Source of the DNA: an uncultured Christensenellaceae bacterium
GTDB taxonomy: Bacteria; Bacillota; Clostridia; Christensenellales; CAG-314
Reading direction: 5' to 3'
DNA length: 64,000 nt
Assembly (NCBI GenBank): GCA_910585195.1
Contig: CAJUCX010000008.1
Span: 503-64,502, forward strand
The notes below the pieces were generated by a model, which worked only from the letters and a program-made list of their open reading frames with translations, was not told the origin of the DNA and did not search any database. A program made the translations under genes and the position numbers. Positions 18,666 through 27,065 of the stretch are shown piece by piece (the stretch's first letter is position 1; every line of letters starts with the position of its first letter).

Positions 18666-19526
18666 ATGAAAAAGAAGTTTTTAACCTTAATTACCGTTGT
18701 TTTAGCATTGGTCATGAGCCTTTTTGCATTTGTCGGATGCAGCGGCGCACCTACCAAAGGCTTTGACGTAGAACTTATGCAAGCATTTTGCAAAGCAAAC
18801 GATATCGAGTTGGAATTGAAAAAGATTTCTTGGGGACAAAAAGAAATGGAAGTAAATTCCGGCAACATCGACCTTATTTGGAACGGTATGACAATCCGCC
18901 CCGAAATGGCAAACAACCTTGAAGTAAGTATGCCTTACCTTACCAACAGTCAAGTTATGGTAGTAAGAAGCGACGACGATAAAAATATAGGGATTGCGTC
19001 CATTACCGCAAACAATGCAAAAATTACGGCAGAAAGCGGCAGCGCGGGCGAAGCAAAAGCAAAGGAAATTTTCGGAAACAACAGCTATAACGGTGCGGTA
19101 GACCAAATAACCGCCATGACGGAAGTTTTGTCAAAAACCAGCGACGTTGCGATTATCGACGAAGTTATGGCTAACTATTACACCACCAACGATGAATCAA
19201 GCTTCAAAGGCAAACTTAAAATAGTAGACCTTGCAGGCAAACATATTTCGCTTTCTATAGAAGAATACGGCATTGCCGCTAAAAAAGGCAATGCAGGTCT
19301 TATAGCAATGGTAAACGACACGATTGCCAAACTCTATCAAGACGGCACGGTAAAGACAATCGCGCAAAAATACGGTATTGAAAGTCAACTTATAATCGGC
19401 GGCTATTCCATCTACGTGCCTAAATACGGTTTGCTGTCGGCAGAAGAAAAAGCAAGTTGGGAAAATATCAAATCAAAAGGCAAACTCGTTGTAGGTTACA
19501 CCTTATTTGCCCCTATTTGCTATTGA
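18666..19526 (+). CDS. Amino-acid ABC transporter substrate-binding lipoprotein (atypical termini)
   Basis: Lipobox FVGC. The PBP type II core runs from GFDVELMQAF to YGIAAKKGN. It lacks the usual N-terminal KLVVG..FAPFEY strand and instead ends in GKLVVGYTLFAPICY. Confidence 0.75.
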   Translation: MKKKFLTLITVVLALVMSLFAFVGCSGAPTKGFDVELMQAFCKANDIELELKKISWGQKEMEVNSGNIDLIWNGMTIRPEMANNLEVSMPYLTNSQVMVVRSDDDKNIGIASITANNAKITAESGSAGEAKAKEIFGNNSYNGAVDQITAMTEVLSKTSDVAIIDEVMANYYTTNDESSFKGKLKIVDLAGKHISLSIEEYGIAAKKGNAGLIAMVNDTIAKLYQDGTVKTIAQKYGIESQLIIGGYSIYVPKYGLLSAEEKASWENIKSKGKLVVGYTLFAPICY

Positions 19527-19602
19527 TTATCTGTAACAACTTTATATTGAAATTTGAAATAACCTTGCAATTATCTGCAAGGTTATTTGCAGGAGAAAGA
19601 TT

Positions 19603-20244
19603 ATGTTTTGGCAAGTAACGCAATCATTATTGGGTGCTTCTTTGTACACACTGGGATTGTTTTTAATAACTTTGGTGTTTGCCATACCGTTTGGATTTGT
19701 AGTTTCTATGCTGTCGCGCTGCCGCTTTAAGCCGGTCAGGATAGTAATAAGAGTAATAATTTGGATTATACGCGGAACTCCGCTTATGCTGCAAATTATC
19801 TTATTTGTATATGCCCCGGGATTGATTTTCGGCATACCTGTTTCCAACAGATTTATTTGGGTTGCGGTGGCATTTATAATAAACTACTCTGCTTATTTTG
19901 CGGAGATTTATCGCGGCGGAATAGAAAGCATACCCGTCGGACAATATGAAGCGTGCAAAATTTTGGGTATGACAAAAGGTCAAACGTTTTTTAAGGTAAT
20001 TTTGCCGCAAGTTGTAAAGCGCATTGTACCGCCTATGGGCAATGAAATAATAACCCTTATTAAAGATACTTCCCTCGCAAATATTGTAGGCATTGCGGAA
20101 ATTATCATAACGGCAAGAGACGTAACAAACACAACCGGCGCCATTTGGCCTATATTCTATACAGGCGTATTTTATCTTGTTTTCAGCGGAGTGCTGACTT
20201 TGCTGTTGCGTTGGCTCGAAAAGAAATTAAACTATTATAGGTAA
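19603..20244 (+). CDS. Amino-acid ABC transporter permease (His/Glu/Gln/Arg/opine family)
   Basis: 213 aa with the EAA-type loop YEACKILGMTKGQTFFKVILPQ and NEIITLIKDTSL. Confidence 0.88.
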   Translation: MFWQVTQSLLGASLYTLGLFLITLVFAIPFGFVVSMLSRCRFKPVRIVIRVIIWIIRGTPLMLQIILFVYAPGLIFGIPVSNRFIWVAVAFIINYSAYFAEIYRGGIESIPVGQYEACKILGMTKGQTFFKVILPQVVKRIVPPMGNEIITLIKDTSLANIVGIAEIIITARDVTNTTGAIWPIFYTGVFYLVFSGVLTLLLRWLEKKLNYYR

Positions 20245-20247
20245 GAT

Positions 20248-21273
20248 ATGGAAGTTTTGAAGATAAACAATTTGAACAAAAGTTTTGACGATTTGCACGT
20301 GCTTAAAGGCGTTTCGTTCGATATGCAAAAAGGCGAAGTAGTTGCCGTCATAGGCGCGTCCGGCGGCGGCAAAACAACTATGCTGCGCTGCCTTACTTTT
20401 TTGGAAAGAGCCGACAGCGGCACCATAACCATTGACGGCGACGAAATAGTAACGGAAGCTATTGACAGGCGCATTGCGGAAAAAGCCGTCAAAAACAAAA
20501 AGACAGCATTTGCCAATGCAGAAAGAGCAAAGGCAAAGGCAGAAAAAGCCGCTGTGAATAAAGATAAAGATGACAAGTCGAAACTTAAAGCAGAAAAAAC
20601 CGCTGCCGCTGCCAAACAAGCGCAGGAAAAAGCCGTTGCGGCGGCAATTAAGGCGGAAAAAGCATTTCAAGTTTTGCAAATGCTTGTCGAAGGCAATGAT
20701 TTGCAGCGTAACGAATTGACAAGCGATTTTTATAAATCGGTTTATCTGAAGGACGAAGAATTGCGCCAACGCGCGTTGAAAGTCGGCTTAGTATTTCAAG
20801 ACTACAATTTGTTTCCTCACAAGACGGTTTTGCAAAACTGCATTCTTGCAACGATTTCCGTATTGAAAACAGAAAAAGAACTTGCGGAAGAAAAGGCAAG
20901 ACAAGTGCTTGCGCAAGTTGGCTTGGCAGACAAAATAGATGCTTACCCCTATCAACTTTCAGGCGGACAAAAACAGCGTGTGGCCATTGCAAGGGCTTTG
21001 TGCATGAACCCGTCGCTGTTGTGCTTTGACGAACCAACTTCCGCGCTTGACCCGGAACTTACGGCGGAAGTGCTTAAAGTAATACGACAACTTAAATGCG
21101 ACGGCGTAACGATGCTTATAGTTACGCACGAAATAAACTTTGCACGGGAAGTTGCCGACACCGTTATATTTTTGGAAAACGGCGTTATTTTGGAAAAAGG
21201 AAACGCCAAAGAACTTGTCGACAATCCTAAAAACGCAAGAACGAGAGAATTTTTGAAAAGAATTTCCGAGTGA
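20248..21273 (+). CDS. Amino-acid ABC transporter ATP-binding protein with a ~100-aa charged insertion
   Basis: Walker A GASGGGKTT, Q-loop VGLVFQDYNLFPH, LSGGQKQRVAIARAL, Walker B LLCFDEPTSALD. It is 341 aa versus ~240 for GlnQ-type ATPases. The K/A/E-rich segment sits between Walker A and the Q-loop. Confidence 0.88.
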   Translation: MEVLKINNLNKSFDDLHVLKGVSFDMQKGEVVAVIGASGGGKTTMLRCLTFLERADSGTITIDGDEIVTEAIDRRIAEKAVKNKKTAFANAERAKAKAEKAAVNKDKDDKSKLKAEKTAAAAKQAQEKAVAAAIKAEKAFQVLQMLVEGNDLQRNELTSDFYKSVYLKDEELRQRALKVGLVFQDYNLFPHKTVLQNCILATISVLKTEKELAEEKARQVLAQVGLADKIDAYPYQLSGGQKQRVAIARALCMNPSLLCFDEPTSALDPELTAEVLKVIRQLKCDGVTMLIVTHEINFAREVADTVIFLENGVILEKGNAKELVDNPKNARTREFLKRISE

Positions 21274-21343
21274 AATTCTTTTTTTATTGAGTTTTTTATT
21301 AAAGTATGCTAAAATTTAGTAAATTTATTTTGGGGTGCTATTT

Positions 21344-22381
21344 ATGAACAAAATTACCTATGAAAAATCGGGCGTTAATATCGACACCGCCGACGCAACC
21401 AAAAGAGAAATGGCTAAATATGTCAACTCGGGCAATCAAAGAGTGTTAAACAAAGTAGGCGCCTTTGCCTCTTTGTATGACGTAAAATTTCCTGAGATGA
21501 AAAACCCTGTGTTGGTGCTTAAAACCGAAGAACCGGGTTCGAAACAGAAATTTGCCTTCAAATATAACAAAATCAAAAATATCTGCTACGATATGATAAA
21601 CCACCTTACCAACGACATAATCGTTATGGGTGCTACGCCGCTTACGGTACAGGATGCGATTATATGCTCTAAAATAGAAAAAGACGTCGTCAGCGATTTG
21701 GTTAAATATATTTCGCAGGCGTGCAAAGACAACGGCAGCGTACTGACCGGCGGAGAAACTTCCGAGCAGCCCGACGTTGTAGAAAAAGGCATTTATGTAC
21801 TTACTTCAAGCATAGTCGGCATTGTAGAAAAGGACGAAATAATCGACGGCAGCAAGATAGAAAAAGGCGACGTAGTAATTGCTCTTCCTTCCAACGGCAT
21901 TCATACCAACGGTTATTCGTTTATAAGAATGCTTATGGAACAATTCCCTGGTATAGAAGACGAAGTTATCGAAAACGGCGAAACTTTCTTAGACGTCATT
22001 ATGCGTTCGCACTCCCCTTATTACAGCGTGCTTACCCCTCTTTTCGGCAACAAAGCGCTGCGTGGTATGGCTCATATTACGGGCGGCGGAATTCAAGACA
22101 ACTTAAACAGAATTTTGCCGGAAAATTTATCTGCGGAAATTGACTTGACAAAAATAAGAATTTTGCCTATATTCAAATTCATTAAGGAAAAATCGCAGAC
22201 TGACGACAAAGAATTGTTAAGAACATTCAATATGGGCGTCGGAATGACCGTCGTAGTTAAGAAAGGCACGCAAGACGACTTCCTTGCACACTTCAAAAAA
22301 CTCGGCACTGAAGCCTACGTAATCGGCGAAATAATAGACGGAAATAAAAAAGTAGTGTTCAAAAACAATTTGCAATATTAA
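21344..22381 (+). CDS. purM: Phosphoribosylformylglycinamidine cyclo-ligase (AIR synthetase)
   Basis: MNKITYEKSGVNIDTADA...NDIIVMGATP...HTNGYSFIR...MAHITGGG...TFNMGVGM. The ORF-track start (GTG 21335) is 9 nt upstream. Confidence 0.9.
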   Translation: MNKITYEKSGVNIDTADATKREMAKYVNSGNQRVLNKVGAFASLYDVKFPEMKNPVLVLKTEEPGSKQKFAFKYNKIKNICYDMINHLTNDIIVMGATPLTVQDAIICSKIEKDVVSDLVKYISQACKDNGSVLTGGETSEQPDVVEKGIYVLTSSIVGIVEKDEIIDGSKIEKGDVVIALPSNGIHTNGYSFIRMLMEQFPGIEDEVIENGETFLDVIMRSHSPYYSVLTPLFGNKALRGMAHITGGGIQDNLNRILPENLSAEIDLTKIRILPIFKFIKEKSQTDDKELLRTFNMGVGMTVVVKKGTQDDFLAHFKKLGTEAYVIGEIIDGNKKVVFKNNLQY

Positions 22382-22524
22382 ATGCCTGAGTGCAAGTTCC
22401 ATTTAATTACATAAACAAAGCACTTGTACAATCATTGCAAAAATCTAAATTATTGTAAATTGCAAATATAAAACTTATAAATAATGACAAAAAATAAAGA
22501 GAAACAACTTCTCTTTATTTATAT

Positions 22525-22611
22525 GCGGATATGGCGGAATTGGCAGACGCGTAAGATTCAGGTTCTTATGACCGTTAGGTTGTGCAGGTTCAAGTCCTGT
22601 TATCCGCACCA
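22525..22611 (+). tRNA. tRNA-Leu (anticodon CAG); prophage integration target
   Basis: Hand-folded: acceptor gcggata/tatccgc, anticodon stem taaga/tctta with loop ttCAGgt, long variable arm, T-loop ggttcaagtcc, encoded CCA. Confidence 0.88.
22595..22611. repeat. attL core (17-bp direct repeat = 3' end of tRNA-Leu)
   Basis: tcctgttatccgcacca, identical to 56849-56865. Confidence 0.85.
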
Positions 22612-22706
22612 AATATAAAAAGCACAATATATTGTGCTTTTTGTTATAAACTAACAACAATATATTGTGCATTAACCATTTTGAGAACACAACAGGAACA
22701 ATATTC

Positions 22707-23540
22707 ATGAGAAATCAATCTTCACAACCACTATTTTCATCACATGTCTTTATTTATATTATTACTTTGATTGTATCAATTATCCTTCTGCTGTGTGTTT
22801 TTATTGAAGACAAAAATTTGTCTACAGTGTTAGTGTCAATTGGAGCTGGCGGCTTTGCATCTTCACTATTAGGAATTATCATTGAAATATCTAATAGTAA
22901 AAAAATTAAGTATTTACGTAAAACCAATCTTGAAACAATATTGCATTCTTATTTAAGTGCTATCTCATCATTTTTATCTTGCTCCTTTCAGATAATAATT
23001 AATGTATTTGAAAAAGTACCAAATAATGCAACGTATAAAATAACTATTAAAGAATTCATTAATGTAATTGAAATTAATTTTCCTGCATTTGATCAAGCTA
23101 AATATTTACATTCAAAAGGTGAATTAGTATACATTGACAAATCACAAGAAGACGCATTAACAATTTTAACAGTATTTAACCGTTCATTAAAACACTTTGC
23201 AACCGAAAATCTAAAACTAACTAGTCAAGATATGGTCGGTTTATTGAGTTTATATAATGAACATGAAATACGCTCACTTAAATATTGGTATGATATTTTA
23301 ATAGGTCCCTGTTATACTTTGGAAGAATATTACTATCTATTTGAGGGCTTAACCGAAGAAAGTCTTTATAAAATACTTGGAATAAAAAACATAAATGACT
23401 TTACATTCTATTACGAAAATAAAAAATATGCATTAGTTAACGACAAAGAAATTCTTTGTCAAAACAGGACATCTCGTCCTAATTTTATTGATGCAATAAG
23501 TTTTACAGAAGCATTATCAAATAAAAAAGATGAGGCATAG
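22707..23540 (+). CDS. Hypothetical membrane protein (two N-terminal TM helices + ~200-aa soluble domain); attL-proximal cargo
   Basis: ORF 22665-23540; ATG at 22707 (MRNQSS). Very AT-rich and transcribed opposite to the phage late genes. Confidence 0.55.
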   Translation: MRNQSSQPLFSSHVFIYIITLIVSIILLLCVFIEDKNLSTVLVSIGAGGFASSLLGIIIEISNSKKIKYLRKTNLETILHSYLSAISSFLSCSFQIIINVFEKVPNNATYKITIKEFINVIEINFPAFDQAKYLHSKGELVYIDKSQEDALTILTVFNRSLKHFATENLKLTSQDMVGLLSLYNEHEIRSLKYWYDILIGPCYTLEEYYYLFEGLTEESLYKILGIKNINDFTFYYENKKYALVNDKEILCQNRTSRPNFIDAISFTEALSNKKDEA

Positions 23541-23555
23541 CTTCATCTTTATTTA

Positions 23556-23816
23556 TTAACAATCAATTCTTCGTTCCACAAACCACTTCCCTGTCGCACA
23601 TTCTCTGTACAAGAATTTGCGCCTGCCTTCCACTATCACATCATACTTTTGAGTTGGAAGTCCACCAACATGAACAGGCGGCGCGTTTATTATGCTTAAA
23701 ACTTTATCAACACTGAATTTGCGCCCGTCCTCCCACTCAATAGCAACAGGCTTTATATTGCCGCCCGTGTCAACTCGGATTATCATTGTTAAGTAATGTT
23801 TTTCATACATTGCCAT
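23556..23816 (-). CDS. Hypothetical small protein (86 aa)
   Basis: ORF track entry with protein-like composition (…IEWEDGRKFSVDKVL…GKWFVERR); family not identified. Confidence 0.5.
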   Translation of the reverse strand: MAMYEKHYLTMIIRVDTGGNIKPVAIEWEDGRKFSVDKVLSIINAPPVHVGGLPTQKYDVIVEGRRKFLYRECATGKWFVERRIDC

Positions 23817-23904
23817 AAAAAATATATTGACAAAATCAAAAAATTTATGATTATTTCAAAAATTTTTATGAAAAAATTGTTATAATATAATAGGAGGAAA
23901 ATTT

Positions 23905-24072
23905 ATGAAAAATATTGATGTACAAATACTTGTCCCTAAAATCAAATTAGGACTGTCTGACGAAATAGTTTCAGACCCGCCGTGTGTTTGCCCAGTAATT
24001 ACATATCAGGACGATAACGGCAACCGGCGCACATTTGCTACAGCGGTGCCAACAAAAAAAGACGAGGCTTAA
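23905..24072 (+). CDS. Hypothetical small protein (55 aa, below the ORF-track cutoff)
   Basis: Strong RBS taggagga 7 nt before the ATG, preceded by TGtTATAAT. Hand translation: MKNIDVQILVPKIKLGLSDEIVSDPPCVCPVITYQDDNGNRRTFATAVPTKKDEA. A hairpin follows. Confidence 0.5.
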   Translation: MKNIDVQILVPKIKLGLSDEIVSDPPCVCPVITYQDDNGNRRTFATAVPTKKDEA

Positions 24073-24084
24073 TGCCCCGTCTTT

Positions 24085-24942
24085 TTACACTTTGTATTCT
24101 TCCGTCAGCCCCATTCTGTTAGCCATGAAATTATTTTGCACTTCAAACACCGCTGTTTTACGTTTAAGGAATATCTTGGAGTTCAATATGGCAGAATATG
24201 TCGCCCCTATAAGCAACGTTGAATTTATTATAATGTCAAAAACAACATCTGTCCATGCAGGGTGATAACGAAAAACAGTCATTGCTGTAACGCCTAGTAA
24301 AAACATACTCGCTTTTATTATGTTCTGTTTGCGTATAACATTTGATGACCGAAAGGTTATTGCGTCATTTTTTATGTTGCCATCACCACCCATGTCTAAT
24401 ATATCATTGGGCGTGAATTTATCATACTTCACTTTACCATTAAGTATTTTTAATACAACTTTTTTAATTTTGCATAAGTCCTTATCTTCTAAAAATAATT
24501 CTTCTTGCTTTTCTCTAAGCCAATCGTCTAAATCGCATTTTTCTTGTGGCAAATCTTCATAAGTCAACCTACCGCAAACCTTATTTATTAAGTTGGTGCA
24601 AAGGTTGCTATATCTTTCTCTATTCTCCGTTTCTACCGCTTCGCCTAATTGGACAAACAGTCTTTCACGCCTTATTTTATTTACTCGGAGTTGCTTTGTT
24701 GCTACCGCTAAATAATGAGCTGTATTAGGCTCACACTTTCGCTGTTGTAAATCAAAAGTGAATATTATATTATAAAGCAAAAGCATTATCGCAAGACGAA
24801 TAAATATATTCAGCCAATAATTCCAATCTGCCAACCTGTCAAACTCTAAACTAATGCCGGCAGACAAAAGTATAAGCAGAATAAATGCAAATAGTACAAA
24901 CGCAACCGTTACAATCGTATTAAAAGTATTTTTATTTTTCAT
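24085..24942 (-). CDS. Hypothetical membrane protein (TM pairs at both ends, charged central domain)
   Basis: 285 aa. Last gene of the late-strand transcription unit; its start overlaps the stop of the upstream gene. Confidence 0.6.
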   Translation of the reverse strand: MKNKNTFNTIVTVAFVLFAFILLILLSAGISLEFDRLADWNYWLNIFIRLAIMLLLYNIIFTFDLQQRKCEPNTAHYLAVATKQLRVNKIRRERLFVQLGEAVETENRERYSNLCTNLINKVCGRLTYEDLPQEKCDLDDWLREKQEELFLEDKDLCKIKKVVLKILNGKVKYDKFTPNDILDMGGDGNIKNDAITFRSSNVIRKQNIIKASMFLLGVTAMTVFRYHPAWTDVVFDIIINSTLLIGATYSAILNSKIFLKRKTAVFEVQNNFMANRMGLTEEYKV

Positions 24943-25445
24943 TTATCTTTCTCCATTTCCTCATGCACAAATTTAGTGCAGTGTATTTCAAACACCTTAA
25001 AAGCAATGCCGACTGCAAAACTTATTGTAGACCACAAAAACACGCCATACATCTTGAGCGCCTGTTCTTCAAGTGCTTTTACTATTACCGTCAGTCCCAC
25101 CAAAAGCACAAGCGGCATAAGCAACTTAAAAAGTAAGTCAATATACCTATACCGCTTATACACTCTCTTTGCTGTTGCTATCGCTTGTTGGTCGGTCATA
25201 GAAAGCGCGTCCGTTTCTATGTTGGCAATCTTTGTCTGCAACTTCTTCAAACTGTCATTAAGCCAAAACCGTTTTGACAGCGAAAAGAAGAGTAAAACGA
25301 ATATTATGCCTGTAATAGATACTTTGTATTTGACTGAAACGAATGCATTTGAGCCATATTCGAGCCATAGGCACAGCACCGGCACGACAAACATGCAAAT
25401 AAATTGGCAGACGATAAACACCGCCTGCCATTTGGTTTTTTTCAT
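24939..25445 (-). CDS. Hypothetical 4-TM membrane protein
   Basis: 168 aa. Translationally coupled (4-nt overlap) to 24085-24942. Confidence 0.6.
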   Translation of the reverse strand: MKKTKWQAVFIVCQFICMFVVPVLCLWLEYGSNAFVSVKYKVSITGIIFVLLFFSLSKRFWLNDSLKKLQTKIANIETDALSMTDQQAIATAKRVYKRYRYIDLLFKLLMPLVLLVGLTVIVKALEEQALKMYGVFLWSTISFAVGIAFKVFEIHCTKFVHEEMEKDK

Positions 25446-25454
25446 ATTTCACCC

Positions 25455-25958
25455 CTAGTCTATTACAGGAACGAAGTCCTTTTCTACCGCCTTTGTTTCT
25501 TCCGCAATGGCTTTTATCTCTTCACTGACTTGATAATTGAGAACAATCGTTTGAGCTGATACGTCTTTGTTTTCCGCCTCTATCATTGCAAGAAGTTGTT
25601 CCCTTTGCTCTGTCGGTAAATTCCTCATGCTTGCAACTGCCTTTGCGATTGTATCAAGTTTCTTTGCGGTTTTTACTGCATTCTCTGCTGCCGCTTTCTG
25701 CACGTTTTCATTTATCTTTGCAAGTTCGCTCTCCACAAGCGGCATTACTTTTACCGACATATCCGTAGGCAAAACGCCGTTCATAAGTTCAACGATTTTC
25801 TTTTCATCTATTAACGCCGTTTTGGTTAAACTCTGGCTTGTTCTTTTAACAACTCCGTAAACTTTTACGGCAATAGATATTACAGCCGACACAAGCGCGG
25901 TTACGCCTGCTACGGTGAAATACGGGCTTATTACTTCCATTATTTGGTCTATTGTCAT
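25455..25958 (-). CDS. Hypothetical single-pass membrane / coiled-coil protein (holin-like position)
   Basis: 167 aa. N-terminal TM FTVAGVTALVSAVISIAVKVYGV followed by an A/K/E-rich helical region. Confidence 0.55.
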   Translation of the reverse strand: MTIDQIMEVISPYFTVAGVTALVSAVISIAVKVYGVVKRTSQSLTKTALIDEKKIVELMNGVLPTDMSVKVMPLVESELAKINENVQKAAAENAVKTAKKLDTIAKAVASMRNLPTEQREQLLAMIEAENKDVSAQTIVLNYQVSEEIKAIAEETKAVEKDFVPVID

Positions 25959-25972
25959 TGTTTTATTCCTCC

Positions 25973-26482
25973 TTAAATTTGTTGTTCGTTCTTTAACGCT
26001 TCGATGTCCTTTTGCATCTCTGCTATGATTTGCCCTTGCTTTATTATTTCTTCTGCAAGCCTGAGTTTCGCTGCCTTTTCTTCTTCATAGGCTGTTTGCA
26101 ATGCGGCGTAGTTTTCCGCTGTCTGCTTAAATACTTCTCTTTCCGCAAGCATTTGCTGTTCGCCTTCTGCATCGACTTTTTCAAACTCGAAACGCAATAC
26201 CTCAATTAAACGCCATTCGTTTATAACCGTCACACTCCCGTCGTTTTCTTGTCTTTTATCTTGCAAAAGGCAATGATTTGTCTCTTTAAGTCGACTTGCA
26301 GGAATTACGCACTCGTTGTTTTCCATAACAAAAGCGGCACCGTTAAAAAACAATACCGCTTGCCCTCGAATTAATGGCGTTTCCTGTAATTTGATTTTTA
26401 AGTCTGTGTTTGCGCACGCTTTTTGTTTCGCAGGCGTCCAAAACCCCGACACCGCACGTAATGTTAAAATTATTTCAATCAT
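25973..26482 (-). CDS. Hypothetical protein with C-terminal coiled coil
   Basis: 169-aa ORF downstream of the fibre genes. Confidence 0.55.
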   Translation of the reverse strand: MIEIILTLRAVSGFWTPAKQKACANTDLKIKLQETPLIRGQAVLFFNGAAFVMENNECVIPASRLKETNHCLLQDKRQENDGSVTVINEWRLIEVLRFEFEKVDAEGEQQMLAEREVFKQTAENYAALQTAYEEEKAAKLRLAEEIIKQGQIIAEMQKDIEALKNEQQI

Positions 26483-26534
26483 AATCCTTACTACCTTGTA
26501 ACATATATTTGACTCTGTTGTTTTACAACGTTCA

Positions 26535-27056
26535 TTAACAATCTATAATTGCATCGTACATAAATTTTTTAAGTCTGTTATAAAACAATTCATGTGATAT
26601 AATTTCACCTTTGTATTCACCAACACACATACTTGAAACCCCATAATTATAGATGGGGTCATCTATCCACTCCTGCTTAAAACCAAGTTTTTCAAGTTCA
26701 CCATCTGGCAAAATACTTTTAAATGTACTTTCTCGGTTTTTAATATTCAGATAGTTTTCATAAAAAATTATTTCTTGATTATAGTACAATGAAATAAGAC
26801 TTTCGATTTTTTCAGTATCTCTAGAAGTTAAAGCTGTTTCTTCACGTTGTTTTAAATATAATATTTGTCGTTCATTATTTGATTTTTCTCTTAAATTACT
26901 GATAAATGCATTCACTTCTTCTTCTCTTGATCTTTCCTTGTCTCTATCTTCTTTTGATGCATATGTAAGCCAAGAGACAAAAATCTTATTTCCTTTTACG
27001 TAGCATTCATCAAAAAGCACTCTTACATATGTTTTGTCATTATCTAAAATAGCCAT
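26535..27056 (-). CDS. Hypothetical protein (AT-rich insert)
   Basis: 173-aa ORF, visibly more AT-rich than the flanking fibre genes. Confidence 0.55.
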   Translation of the reverse strand: MAILDNDKTYVRVLFDECYVKGNKIFVSWLTYASKEDRDKERSREEEVNAFISNLREKSNNERQILYLKQREETALTSRDTEKIESLISLYYNQEIIFYENYLNIKNRESTFKSILPDGELEKLGFKQEWIDDPIYNYGVSSMCVGEYKGEIISHELFYNRLKKFMYDAIIDC

Positions 27057-27065
27057 AATTACTCC

